From positions 11,514 to 75,513 of IMG/VR virus record IMGVR_UViG_3300037477_000009: a DNA stretch of 64,000 nt, one strand, 5' to 3'. Within the stretch, counting starts at the first letter, position 1. Every line of letters starts with the position of its first letter. A program made the translations under genes and the position numbers. The DNA is from a virus (lineage: Duplodnaviria; Caudoviricetes). Below are positions 20,421-30,161 of this stretch, piece after piece. The notes below the pieces were generated by a model. The model did not search any database. It saw only the letters and a list, made by a program, of their open reading frames with translations, and was not told the DNA's origin.

Positions 20421-21233
20421 TTAGTTTATTGGAGGTATTTGGAAAAAATTTTGATATGGATTTATCGGTCTTACACCACCGAAATTGAATCCACTTGTGT
20501 TTGGCCTGTTGCCCATTCCTGGTTGCACACCTGTAAATGGTTGTTGTCCTCCATTCCAAAAAGTAGGTCGTGTCCAATTACCCTGCGCTGTTTCTACAGG
20601 ATTTCTATCAACAATATCAGATGGTAATCCTTTAGGCTTTCCCTTCATCATATCACCCATATCACCGAATGCACCAGTGCCAATCATTGCACCAATGTTT
20701 GAGATTGTATTAAAACCCATCTGCTTGTTCTGCATCGCTGATTGAAGTAGTGCTTGCTTTGCAGCGTTCTCCCTCTCATGCACATACCTCTTATCAGCAA
20801 ACACTTTATTTTCTTCACCTGTCATTCTACCAAGTGCATTGCTGAGTCCACTGAGCATTCCTGTTTTCTGTTGACCAAACTGCCCCATCAGGTTTAAGTA
20901 GGATTGGCTTTCCTGGCCTTGTATCAAACCACCCATCTTCATTCTGGCAGATGCACTTGTTGTATTCATCGAAGCATTGCGCCTCATAGTGTCTGCTTGA
21001 TTTTGCAAGCCTTGCATTGCAATTGCCTGGCCAGGCATCATACCTGTGTTGTATGCATTGCGCATCTCCTGCAAGTTTTGTTGCTCGTATGGAGATACAG
21101 TAGCATTAACATCTTCCGGTACAAAATATTTTTCTCCTTCTTTTTTTTGTTGCTTGGCAACCTTAAACTGATTCCACAATGCAGGTACTTGCATTGCTAA
21201 ACCAACTCCTGCACTCACTGGATCAAATGGCAT
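20421..21233 (-). CDS. Putative DNA pilot/ejection protein
   Basis: 270 aa; hydrophobic Gly/Ala N-terminal helix (DPVSAGVGLAMQV), Q/M/G-rich body. Confidence 0.55.
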   Translation of the reverse strand: MPFDPVSAGVGLAMQVPALWNQFKVAKQQKKEGEKYFVPEDVNATVSPYEQQNLQEMRNAYNTGMMPGQAIAMQGLQNQADTMRRNASMNTTSASARMKMGGLIQGQESQSYLNLMGQFGQQKTGMLSGLSNALGRMTGEENKVFADKRYVHERENAAKQALLQSAMQNKQMGFNTISNIGAMIGTGAFGDMGDMMKGKPKGLPSDIVDRNPVETAQGNWTRPTFWNGGQQPFTGVQPGMGNRPNTSGFNFGGVRPINPYQNFFQIPPIN

Positions 21234-21238
21234 AGTAT

Positions 21239-21853
21239 TTAATTTAAATGTCCTGAACTAATATTATAAGTCACATTGGCAAACCTTACATATGTAAGAG
21301 TCTGCCTTCTGAATTCCATCATTACCCTTAATGCTGCTGTACGCATACGATCACCTTTGATCATCTTCTCATCTGCTGATCCCGTTACGTTTGGTGAAAG
21401 GCGATCTCTGAGGAAGCCAGCGTAATACTGTCCTTCACGACTAACATAATCACCTGTTACAAGATCACTGCTCTGCTCATAAGGAACTTCTGATCTCAGG
21501 TGCGTGAACACTGGTGAATCGCTTCCTTCAATCGATGCTGATAAATAAATTTTCACCTTACTTGGATTTGCATTTGATGCAAACATTATTCTTGCAGGAT
21601 AAGGCACTCCATAGAAAGTTGAGAATACTGTATTGCTATTATGCTGAAATATTCCACCTGCTCTCAGGCTGAATAATTCAGTACCGCTTCCAATAAGATA
21701 ATCAGGTGTGAAAGTGTATGAGCCTACCCATCTCTCTGCGCTGATCTTGTATACAAGCACCTTCCCCGTATTATCCAGTATGTCGTATGGATAGACGTAA
21801 GTGTAATTAGTCTTACCTCCTGTGAACTGCGTTACTGTTGCGGTCATTGACAT
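21239..21853 (-). CDS. Probable C-terminal portion of the tail muzzle/stabilisation protein encoded as a separate ORF
   Basis: RWVGSYTFTPDY...FYGVPYPARIMF...KVKIY...REGQYYAGFLRD...GDRMR resembles the usual C-terminus of crAss-like muzzle proteins (recognition from memory). Confidence 0.55.
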   Translation of the reverse strand: MSMTATVTQFTGGKTNYTYVYPYDILDNTGKVLVYKISAERWVGSYTFTPDYLIGSGTELFSLRAGGIFQHNSNTVFSTFYGVPYPARIMFASNANPSKVKIYLSASIEGSDSPVFTHLRSEVPYEQSSDLVTGDYVSREGQYYAGFLRDRLSPNVTGSADEKMIKGDRMRTAALRVMMEFRRQTLTYVRFANVTYNISSGHLN

Positions 21854-22335
21854 TATGGATAAATTAAGATGTTTAGAAAATAAAAGTTTGGCAGACTTGC
21901 AAACACATTACTGTTAGGATTAACACACAACACATTTATTTGATCTGAGGCGGTAATTCTCGTATGGACTATATAGTATGAACCTACTCCTGAGATGATC
22001 GATTGCGAAAGAAAATTGGCCTTTCCTGCAACGAATATGTTTGTAGACACTCGTATATTAAGTCCTGTATCTACTCCAGATGACAACATCGAAACTATAG
22101 TAAGACCAGGAAAATCGTTTTCCATGATCGTACCTGAATAAGTGACGAGGTTGTTGTCAACCCTGATCACCAATCTTTTTGCAGTGCTGATGGGAAGTCC
22201 TAAGAGTATCAAGTCTTTTAATGTTTGCAATGTATTCTTCCCCTGCTCCGAAGCACCAACATTATCCTGACTGCCGAACACATCAGTCAGTCCAAGCGTT
22301 CTTGTTGTTAATTGAAAAAGTTGTCTATCTGCCAT
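21853..22335 (-). CDS. Small tail/fibre-associated protein
   Basis: 160 aa; N-terminus MADRQLFQLT resembles fibre-attachment N-termini; beta-rich C-terminus. Confidence 0.4.
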   Translation of the reverse strand: MADRQLFQLTTRTLGLTDVFGSQDNVGASEQGKNTLQTLKDLILLGLPISTAKRLVIRVDNNLVTYSGTIMENDFPGLTIVSMLSSGVDTGLNIRVSTNIFVAGKANFLSQSIISGVGSYYIVHTRITASDQINVLCVNPNSNVFASLPNFYFLNILIYP

Positions 22336-25300
22336 TATATTTTTATTTTATCAACACTATTAACTAATACTTTTTCGGTTGTATTGATCAGTAAAAAGTT
22401 TGTTGCTGCTGGTGGCGGTAATGGACAAAGAGTGGTATCAGGTGCATTCGGCACAAAATCACTTCCAGGAGTATTGAGTTCTGTATAGCCACTTGGTACA
22501 CTATCCAATACTCTTTCCCTGCTGACATATCGTTTCATTCCTGTGTTGTCACCACTGCCATCTTTCACGCACACTGGATTGACACCTCTCCAGGTTACTA
22601 CAACAACACTGATAGGAGTTATCTGCACACTTAACCTGCTGCCGATATTCATTATCTCACCAAGATTTGGTCTTGCTTTTATTGATATCACTCCAGCAGT
22701 GTTTGTAACTACATACCCGTAGTTGTTCAGTGCTAAAACATTTTTTACTGATGTGGCGAGTATTGTTACATCAGTGTCGGTTGCTTGCTTTACATAATAA
22801 CCAAGAGAAAGTTTTCCGTATAAAGGATCAACAACAAAGACTTCTATCTTATCACCATTATCACCAACATTGGTGATTGTTACTTGTCCAATTGCATCAA
22901 CATAAGAAAGCGGATAATCGTTGAGATATCCCTTTGGTGGCACTCCGAGTTTTGGTATTGCCCACAATACTTCGTTGTGATGCGGATCAACACCACCAAA
23001 TATGAATGGCCTGTTACCGAGCGTTTCAATGTCTGCTTGTGTGAGTGACATATAGGTTTCGCCAATCAACTTCGCAACTCTTTTCATTTTGTAATCACTG
23101 ATCGGGAATAATCCGTTTACATCGTAGCGAACAAAACATCCATTGGCTGCATCAAACCAATAAGCCTGGCCACGATGCAGCACAACACTCTCTGCGTTCT
23201 GTGTACCATATGATCCACGCAGTGCATTTATAGAGCCGATGACTCCTTCGCTCTTCACAAAGAATGCGGTTGATGCGGCATCTGATATCTGCGCCTCACC
23301 GAGATACATCGTCATCGTCTCTGCCCAACATATAACAAGCATTACAGTTCCATCATCCTGCACTTTGCTTGTTAATAATAATTTTTGTATTGCACCACTC
23401 TCCGGTGACACATCTTCTGTGTCGAGTATTTCAAAACTTGAAAGACCATTGGTCTGTGTGCCGATCACAAACACATTACTGAATGCAATCGAATATGGTT
23501 TGCGTATTTCTTTCCCTTGTATGTTTGGAAAAACCTTTCCCGTATCATCATGCCATCTCTGCCAGAACTTATCATTGGTACTCATCGATTCAGCAAAATA
23601 GGTAGCAGGAATAGTAGCACCACTGGCACGTTCCAGTAAATGTGTGTCACCTTGTATAGTTCCGGTAAGTGTATTGTATGATCTTGTTGCAGTGCCTGGT
23701 GTATTCACCTTGTACATCTCACCGATCTCAAAGAAATCTTCCTGATCGCTTCGCTTATACGGAATAAATAACTCAACGATCATCTTGCTTGTCGGTGCAA
23801 ATGTTCCGAAGTCATACCACTCGCATAGTATGTGTTTTCCCTGCATACCTACTACGGAAAGATTGACTGGTGGATAGTTCACCATGTCGCTGTAGTAAAC
23901 TCTTGCAATATCACCTGGTGAAATCTCCCATCCCATCCCATCCTTTAATAACGATCCAAGATCAATTGCAACATATGTTTTACCTGATGCTGATAAAGAT
24001 GTGTTGTCAATGGTTACTGTGCCATCCTGTGGATTCTTTGTGGCATACCTGCAATCATCAACATATGTCTGTACAAAATATCTTGTTCGTAAATTTTTTG
24101 TCATCACCAGGCCGTAGTAATATGCTTCTGCTGGTATCTCTGCTGGTACTGCACCACCTATTAAATTCCACCTGATCGCACTCTGGAATACAGTGCCAGT
24201 GAATTTGCGATCCGGTATGATCATTACACCGCCATTAGGTTGTGCCAGTGTGTTTGTCCTGTTGTCTGTGAACATTCCGATCCTTCTGCGCAGTCGGTCA
24301 TAGAATCCAATACCAAGTTGTATGCTGCTATTTGTCTTGAATAGTTTTGCATGATCACCGATAACAAGATCAGTTACTGTAGCAGTCGATGTAGTATCTG
24401 TATAGTTATAAAAACTATAACCATCATAACCTGCTGGTATATTGAAACCTGCTGCTGCCGCTTCTGTTGTTCCTGCAAACTGCAATGCAGAATATGATAT
24501 GGTAGTCGGCACTGCACCAAGCACTGGCCATTGAGAAGAGCCAACTACTGCACCTGGCAATTGATACCATCCAACATTTGCAACCGTATCAAGGTATACC
24601 ATGTAAGAGGAAGAGAACTTGTCTGCTGCTGCTGGAAAGTTAACATACGAACAATGCCATAAAAATACTTTTACACCAGTGATGGTTGATGTAAGGTTTG
24701 CATCAATGAGTGTAAGCGTAAGCGATGATTTAGTTGGAGTATTAAATCCTTCCAGGTAGTTGGCAAGGAATAATCTTTTTCTTGCAGTATCAAGTGTCTT
24801 ACACTTTCTTGGAATATTTTCTTCTGGCTTTGAAAATTCTTCTGACGATACACTGATGCCAGTCTTGTCATTGAAGAACCAGGTGACAAGTGGAATGGCT
24901 GCTGTATTATGGTTAGTGATTAAAGCCTCCTGATCAGGATCGCTCTTATCCCAAACTTGTATCGCTTGCACTGCCAGCGTATCCATGTTCTTTACAAGTA
25001 GTTCAACCCTGTGTACGGTTTGTGGTATCTTCTCATCCAGGCTCATTGTTACCTTAATCTTTTTAAGATCATCAGGAGTTGTAGGAGTCAAGTCCTTTGC
25101 ATTGTAGTTTTCCAGCTTGCTGTATATCCCAAGCACTGAATACTGGTAGTCACGATAAAAATATCTCCATGCAAATTGAAATGCTTGCTCCTTGATCCCG
25201 TTGATCGGATAAGTAGTGTCCAGTTCTTTTACTGTTAGTGGTGCATAGATCGGAGGTCTGCGCAGCAGTGTTATGTCCTCATGTGCAAGTCTTGGATTAG

Positions 25301-25811
25301 TTGGAGTGATACCTGTCGGAATGATATACGGCAGCACATCGGTAACGTATGACGGGTGATTTGCTTTGATACCTGCTTCGATGTTAATGATCTTGATCTC
25401 CTGGTTGTCATCTGTGTAAATGAGAAGATCACCATAGACCTTCGCTTGTATCAAAGAGTTCTTGCTGAAATTAAGATCGGCCTGAGTTTGATCAAGCACC
25501 TGGTATACGAGTCCATCTCTGCGGTCATAGCATTTGATCAGGTTGCCATTACCATCTTCGTAAAACAGAAAATAAATAATGCGCCTTCGTTCTTCATCTT
25601 CCACAGCGCACAGTGGTACATGGTTGCGGCCAGGCGCAGAAGGAAGCGATTCTATTGGAGTCGTTCCACCAACGGACTCTAATCGCAAAGCACTTCCAAC
25701 ATCGGTTGTACCGATGCGAAAGTTTTCCGCATTGATATAGTCAGTCTCTGCCAGGAGATTAACATCATCATCGGCATTCAATCCTTGAAAATATTTTTTT
25801 TCAAGTTGCAT
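22335..25811 (-). CDS. Tail muzzle/stabilisation protein (P22 gp10 / crAss muzzle-like), N-terminal part
   Basis: 1158 aa; GLNADDD...YINAENFR start; beta-propeller-like repeats; YGTQNAESVV...YWFDA...RY...GLFPISDYKMK motif. Confidence 0.75.
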   Translation of the reverse strand: MQLEKKYFQGLNADDDVNLLAETDYINAENFRIGTTDVGSALRLESVGGTTPIESLPSAPGRNHVPLCAVEDEERRRIIYFLFYEDGNGNLIKCYDRRDGLVYQVLDQTQADLNFSKNSLIQAKVYGDLLIYTDDNQEIKIINIEAGIKANHPSYVTDVLPYIIPTGITPTNPRLAHEDITLLRRPPIYAPLTVKELDTTYPINGIKEQAFQFAWRYFYRDYQYSVLGIYSKLENYNAKDLTPTTPDDLKKIKVTMSLDEKIPQTVHRVELLVKNMDTLAVQAIQVWDKSDPDQEALITNHNTAAIPLVTWFFNDKTGISVSSEEFSKPEENIPRKCKTLDTARKRLFLANYLEGFNTPTKSSLTLTLIDANLTSTITGVKVFLWHCSYVNFPAAADKFSSSYMVYLDTVANVGWYQLPGAVVGSSQWPVLGAVPTTISYSALQFAGTTEAAAAGFNIPAGYDGYSFYNYTDTTSTATVTDLVIGDHAKLFKTNSSIQLGIGFYDRLRRRIGMFTDNRTNTLAQPNGGVMIIPDRKFTGTVFQSAIRWNLIGGAVPAEIPAEAYYYGLVMTKNLRTRYFVQTYVDDCRYATKNPQDGTVTIDNTSLSASGKTYVAIDLGSLLKDGMGWEISPGDIARVYYSDMVNYPPVNLSVVGMQGKHILCEWYDFGTFAPTSKMIVELFIPYKRSDQEDFFEIGEMYKVNTPGTATRSYNTLTGTIQGDTHLLERASGATIPATYFAESMSTNDKFWQRWHDDTGKVFPNIQGKEIRKPYSIAFSNVFVIGTQTNGLSSFEILDTEDVSPESGAIQKLLLTSKVQDDGTVMLVICWAETMTMYLGEAQISDAASTAFFVKSEGVIGSINALRGSYGTQNAESVVLHRGQAYWFDAANGCFVRYDVNGLFPISDYKMKRVAKLIGETYMSLTQADIETLGNRPFIFGGVDPHHNEVLWAIPKLGVPPKGYLNDYPLSYVDAIGQVTITNVGDNGDKIEVFVVDPLYGKLSLGYYVKQATDTDVTILATSVKNVLALNNYGYVVTNTAGVISIKARPNLGEIMNIGSRLSVQITPISVVVVTWRGVNPVCVKDGSGDNTGMKRYVSRERVLDSVPSGYTELNTPGSDFVPNAPDTTLCPLPPPAATNFLLINTTEKVLVNSVDKIKI

Positions 25812-26113
25812 TACTCTCGTTTAGGAATTGCTTCAATGTCATCAATCGGTAGCGGTTCTTTTCCAAAAACATCTATCAATCTTTGAAATAACTCATTCGG
25901 ATTCGGAATAGGTGACCATCCATCAACAAGACCGATCTCCTGTGCAGGTATTTCAAGTCGAATGATATAGGATGAAACCTGGCGAATTATCAGCCTGTTT
26001 TTTGAATCGCCTGTCATATGCAGACTGACTTCATCATGCGGAAACATCCATTGCGCACCTGAATCATGCATGACCTTAGTGCCATACTTTACCTTGTAAA
26101 AATCATAAGGCAT
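25811..26113 (-). CDS. Hypothetical virion-module protein
   Basis: Start reassigned to MPYDFY (26113); stop abuts muzzle start. Confidence 0.55.
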   Translation of the reverse strand: MPYDFYKVKYGTKVMHDSGAQWMFPHDEVSLHMTGDSKNRLIIRQVSSYIIRLEIPAQEIGLVDGWSPIPNPNELFQRLIDVFGKEPLPIDDIEAIPKRE

Positions 26114-26123
26114 ATGATCTCGT

Positions 26124-26411
26124 TTAATCAAGTGTGAATGCTGCGCCCACTGCTTCCATTGCTGCAAGTACATCACCTGCTGGTGGTACTTCTTCTTCGA
26201 TCTCCAGTTCTGCAAGAGGAATTTCTATTTGCATCCACCCTGCTTTTATCAAAAGCACATCACCAACAGAACTTCCATCTGCTGATATAGAAAGTCCGAC
26301 ATGATCGTTGAATGCCCATGCTTGTTTAACGACTTCTGTTACTCCATCTTCGGCCATTTCAACTTTTGTGAGTAATGCACCATAGTCTTTTTTTGCAAGT
26401 TTGTAGCCCAT
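26124..26411 (-). CDS. Hypothetical protein (PH-like beta fold possible)
   Basis: 95-aa ORF in operon with AT-rich leader. Confidence 0.6.
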   Translation of the reverse strand: MGYKLAKKDYGALLTKVEMAEDGVTEVVKQAWAFNDHVGLSISADGSSVGDVLLIKAGWMQIEIPLAELEIEEEVPPAGDVLAAMEAVGAAFTLD

Positions 26412-26438
26412 TTGATTTAAGTTTTATATTGTTAATGA

Positions 26439-27194
26439 TTAAAAACCTTTGTATGTACCACTGTAACCTTTTCTGGCTGCATGAACAACATCTTCACAAG
26501 TCATCTTATTCATTCTTGCTTTCAATACTCTCAACTGCTTGTCGTATTGATCCGCTTCGTATGCGACCTCTCCTGGTTGATATCCCCTGTTGTTCGCTTT
26601 CATCTGCCAGATGATATAAGCCTCTACTGCTGCTTGTGCATACGGATTAATATTTGTTGCTGCATCGCATCCTTGTCCACCATCCATGTAGTCGATGATA
26701 ATATCCGGATAAGGGAAGCCAGGATCGAGTTGTATTTCATTGCGCTCCGGTATCTCCAAATAATTCAATCCTGCTTTGCCAGGATTGTGATTAAATATTC
26801 CACCATCATGTTCTCCCCAAATATTTTCATCCCATATGCTTGCTTCAAAACTTGAAATAATATTACCATCAGGCCATACATCTTCGTATGGAATTTTCTC
26901 TCCCTTGCTGTTGTAGTTATTCAGCCGATTCATATTATCCTCTGATGCCATTGGGTGCAGGTACTGGCCAGCAGCTACACCTACACGAATAAGATCAACA
27001 TAGTCGCAGGGAAGCGTGACTGCTTTGTAAGAGTTCACTGGCAACTTCACTGACTTCACATTCTTCAGTATATCAAAATGCATTTCACGCAGACCATCTG
27101 ATCCGTACTTCAGGAAGTCGATGTACCAATGAACAGGATACTTCCTTCTTAGAAGGACACTGTTGACGATTGTATCGAGTGTAACAAATTGCAT
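26439..27194 (-). CDS. Tail ring/adaptor protein
   Basis: 251 aa; VKSVKLPVN...TLPCDYVDLIRVG and YAQAAVEAYIIWQM motifs typical of crAss-like ring proteins. Confidence 0.7.
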   Translation of the reverse strand: MQFVTLDTIVNSVLLRRKYPVHWYIDFLKYGSDGLREMHFDILKNVKSVKLPVNSYKAVTLPCDYVDLIRVGVAAGQYLHPMASEDNMNRLNNYNSKGEKIPYEDVWPDGNIISSFEASIWDENIWGEHDGGIFNHNPGKAGLNYLEIPERNEIQLDPGFPYPDIIIDYMDGGQGCDAATNINPYAQAAVEAYIIWQMKANNRGYQPGEVAYEADQYDKQLRVLKARMNKMTCEDVVHAARKGYSGTYKGF

Positions 27195-27196
27195 TG

Positions 27197-27844
27197 TTAT
27201 TGTTTGAGTAACCTGTTATCAGTAACACTTGTTGCGATCTCAGGAGTCGGTTGTTCTACTGAGAATAATTTCAATACATCCATTACCACTTGTTGTTCCA
27301 TCTCTGCATCGATTGGCAGCAGATCATAATCTGTATATAAACTCAAGTCCATTACTACCAGTTGTATCATCACTGCTGTGATCGGTGTAGACAATGCAGT
27401 TAAGTCTTTGTCATACCATATTTCTTTCCCCGCCACTTCGTATCCATGCTGACCAAGCAGATCACTCATTATCTTCTGCGTTTTCACTTGAGCGATCTCG
27501 CCTCTGCGCATTGGAATAAACCGACAAAAAACATTGGTGGTAATTCCGATATGGAACACACCAATGTTTCTTGGTAGTTTAATTGGTATGGCAGGTAGTA
27601 TTGATTTAGAAATTCCGTTCCAGGCTGTAACAGGAACTGATGCATACGTTGCAAGCACACAACCTTCCGGTACAGTTTCACCGCCTGGTAATGTCTCTTT
27701 GAAGTATTGCGTGTGCAGCAGCGCATTGATCGATTGCCTGATCGCATCTTCCACTTCCTTCGCATGGATAGATGAGCCAACAGCACGATCACCTGCGTTT
27801 ATATGTCGCAGCACTCTTTCAGACAAGACTTTTATCGTAGGCAT
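27197..27844 (-). CDS. Tail ring/adaptor protein
   Basis: 215 aa; paralog-like architecture, ends LPIDAEMEQQVVMDVL. Confidence 0.65.
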   Translation of the reverse strand: MPTIKVLSERVLRHINAGDRAVGSSIHAKEVEDAIRQSINALLHTQYFKETLPGGETVPEGCVLATYASVPVTAWNGISKSILPAIPIKLPRNIGVFHIGITTNVFCRFIPMRRGEIAQVKTQKIMSDLLGQHGYEVAGKEIWYDKDLTALSTPITAVMIQLVVMDLSLYTDYDLLPIDAEMEQQVVMDVLKLFSVEQPTPEIATSVTDNRLLKQ

Positions 27845-28497
27845 TATGCAACTGATTTATCTTTCGCATCACCCACTTGTATCGCTTCACCATCTTTGAG
27901 GTTGATACCAAGTAGGCTCAGTGTTTTATAAATTATTTTTTCTATTGATGGATCATCCCATTCAAGCTGTGTTGATGCATTTTGATTGTATACAAGCTGC
28001 CTCCCATTTGGAGTATAAACAAACACTGGTGCTGCTGGCTTGCGCAGATAATAAACTGTTCCTGCTGATGGTACTGCTGGATACAGTTGCACTTTCTTTC
28101 CTTTCTTCAGCAAGCACACTGGAGTCTTTACACTGAGCGGTATCAACTGAGATGATCTGCGTGTTGATATCTGTGATTCATTCAGCAGTTCTGCTGCCAG
28201 GTACAGCGTAGTCGTGCCATCAAGTATTTGTGTTTCTACTGCAAGCAGGTGTTGGTAGTTGGCAGGTAGTGTGATCAGTCCACCTGGTGATGCTGCATTG
28301 GAAAAACCATACTCTTCTTTGAACGGCAGCAGTGAGTCATGCACCTTTTGTGTTGCGCCATACTGTGGTGCGAGTTGTGTGAAGAGTTCCAGTTGCGCAT
28401 CATCAAGCGTGTTATCCAGTTCGCCTGGTGGATACCAGTCGTTCTTAGATTTATCAATGTAGAAGCGCAGACGATTATGAACAATCTGTAAATCCAT
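27844..28497 (-). CDS. Tail ring/adaptor protein
   Basis: 217 aa; AQLELF...LPANYQHL...VYYLRKPAAP...QLEWD...IIYKTLSLLGINL. Confidence 0.7.
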   Translation of the reverse strand: MDLQIVHNRLRFYIDKSKNDWYPPGELDNTLDDAQLELFTQLAPQYGATQKVHDSLLPFKEEYGFSNAASPGGLITLPANYQHLLAVETQILDGTTTLYLAAELLNESQISTRRSSQLIPLSVKTPVCLLKKGKKVQLYPAVPSAGTVYYLRKPAAPVFVYTPNGRQLVYNQNASTQLEWDDPSIEKIIYKTLSLLGINLKDGEAIQVGDAKDKSVA

Positions 28498-29150
28498 TAA
28501 GCGATTTTTTTAGCGATGATGCGATCTTGTTCAAGCACTAACCACTTCCTTCCTTTGATGTCATAGTGTTGCACGAAGCGTGGATCGTATATGACTATGT
28601 CACCCTCACTCACATCAACAGGCTCTTGATTCTTTAGCGGATGGCCAATGTGAATGACCTTCGACATTCCTTTTGTTTCCAGTTCCTGCATATTGTCCGG
28701 TATAACAATTCCACCACTGGTTTTTTCTTGCTTCGTTTCATTCAGTGGATTCATGTATACATAACCAGCAGCAGGAATTATCGTTCCATCGATCTGAGAA
28801 ATAAATCCAAGCACCCATCTTGCGTGAACCTTCCAATATGATTTGCCATTGATCGTTACTTCGTTATTGTGTTCTGCGCTGCGATCCGTATGGCGATTCC
28901 AATCTGTGATCACCAGGTAAGAGAAGATCACCTGGTCACCAGGCTTTCCTTCTATTACCAAATGTTTTGTATCGATGGCAGGTGCGATCCTTGCTGGCAC
29001 TGAAACAATTCTGCCTGTTATTGTCGCATACTCTTCAGGATGATAAGTGGTATCACGATAAAGTAACACGCCACTTTGCGTTTCAACTTTGTCCTGAAAT
29101 TTTTCTTCGATCTCCACCAAAAAATAATCAACCGGACATATTGGCTTCAT
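28497..29150 (-). CDS. Tandem two-domain GroES-like co-chaperonin
   Basis: Two GroES-like units: LVEIEEK...TQSGVLL...GRIVSV...KPGDQVIF and YMNPL...KTSGGIVIP...KVIHIG...GDIVIY. Confidence 0.75.
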   Translation of the reverse strand: MKPICPVDYFLVEIEEKFQDKVETQSGVLLYRDTTYHPEEYATITGRIVSVPARIAPAIDTKHLVIEGKPGDQVIFSYLVITDWNRHTDRSAEHNNEVTINGKSYWKVHARWVLGFISQIDGTIIPAAGYVYMNPLNETKQEKTSGGIVIPDNMQELETKGMSKVIHIGHPLKNQEPVDVSEGDIVIYDPRFVQHYDIKGRKWLVLEQDRIIAKKIA

Positions 29151-29171
29151 GTGTAACGGCTTTACTCACTT

Positions 29172-29225
29172 CAAAGATATAATTTGTATCCACCACAAAT
29201 ATCAAAAATCGAGGGCGAAAGTTTT
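29172..29225 (-). promoter_or_regulatory. Late-type promoter B (GroES/tail/packaging operon)
   Basis: AAACTTTCGCCCTCG-ATT-TTTG-N23-TATCTTTG on minus strand; same geometry as promoter A. Confidence 0.6.
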
Positions 29226-29363
29226 GGAGGGATACATTTTATATCTTTGAGCCAGCAACTCGATCTCAAATCATACATTAATCTTCTTCGATGTATAGTT
29301 TTGTGCCGCAGATAGAAGGTGGTTTCAACCACCTTCACCATCGGCACTTTAAAAAAAAAGAGT

Positions 29364-29633
29364 ATGGTTACAATACACCCTGTAGGCTCAATGATACTGG
29401 TCGAACCGGAGACAAAACCGGAAACAACAAAGAGTGGACTCATCATTCCTGACTCAGCGAAAGAGCGGCCAGCCAGAGCAAAAGTTTTAGAAGTACCTAC
29501 CAAACTGGAAACAGTTGTCAAGCCAGGCGATACAATTTTCTTCCCACCTAATGCACTCAAACAATTTGTGGTAGACGATCAGCTACACTCTGCTGTGGCT
29601 GAAGAAAATATTTATTGCTATGAAACTACTTGA
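29364..29633 (+). CDS. groES: GroES-like co-chaperonin
   Basis: IHPVGSMILVEP...TTKSGLIIPDSAKERP...KVLEV...VKPGDTIFF; start reassigned to 29364. Confidence 0.85.
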   Translation: MVTIHPVGSMILVEPETKPETTKSGLIIPDSAKERPARAKVLEVPTKLETVVKPGDTIFFPPNALKQFVVDDQLHSAVAEENIYCYETT

Positions 29634-29868
29634 TACCATAACTGCCAATTACGAAGATGAAGAGATACTCAAGGCCGATGGCTTTGATGCAGCGATCATC
29701 GGTATTGAACTACCATCCATGCGGCTGATCTACTCAGTAAAAAAATGCATCAAGATTCTGATGAAGGATATGAGTTACGAAGATGCGGTTGAGCATTTTG
29801 AATTCAATGTGTCGGGTGCATATGTTGGTGAACAAACTCCGATTTGGTGTCACGATGATTTTCTATAA
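29620..29868 (+). CDS. Conserved phage hypothetical protein
   Basis: LKADGFDAAIIG...IYSVKKCI...AVEHFEFNVSGAYVGEQTPIW is a widespread phage motif. Confidence 0.7.
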   Translation: MKLLDTITANYEDEEILKADGFDAAIIGIELPSMRLIYSVKKCIKILMKDMSYEDAVEHFEFNVSGAYVGEQTPIWCHDDFL

Positions 29869-29891
29869 TTTTACATAGAAAACTATACAAT

Positions 29892-30161
29892 ATGCATTCC
29901 GATGACATACCTCCACTGGAGGAACTTGAAGAAGTGGAACTTGAACTCGATGATAAGATCACTGTTAAAATCTTCACCAATCTTGGCGGCTTCCTTGATC
30001 CAGCAGTAATGAACTGGCTTGCCAGGACTACCGACTACACAGCAGAATCATTTGCCTCATATGTCAAGAGCAAGCGTGACAAAGGTTACACCGACCATTG
30101 GGTGCTTACTGAACAGCAGTATGCACAAGTATTATCTGATCATCAAAAAAAACAACAATGA
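29892..30161 (+). CDS. Hypothetical protein
   Basis: 89 aa; AAACTATACA leader. Confidence 0.6.
   Translation: MHSDDIPPLEELEEVELELDDKITVKIFTNLGGFLDPAVMNWLARTTDYTAESFASYVKSKRDKGYTDHWVLTEQQYAQVLSDHQKKQQ

Noticed and set aside
24-29150. Numerous plus-strand ORFs in the supplied track opposite the structural genes (e.g. 10892-11473, 14147-14986, 19643-20245)
   Set aside because: Antisense shadows of long minus-strand genes; Ser/Phe/Leu-rich, with no leaders or motifs.
29171-29560. 129-aa minus-strand ORF across the divergent promoter region
   Set aside because: Shadow of the plus-strand groES gene and overlaps both promoters.
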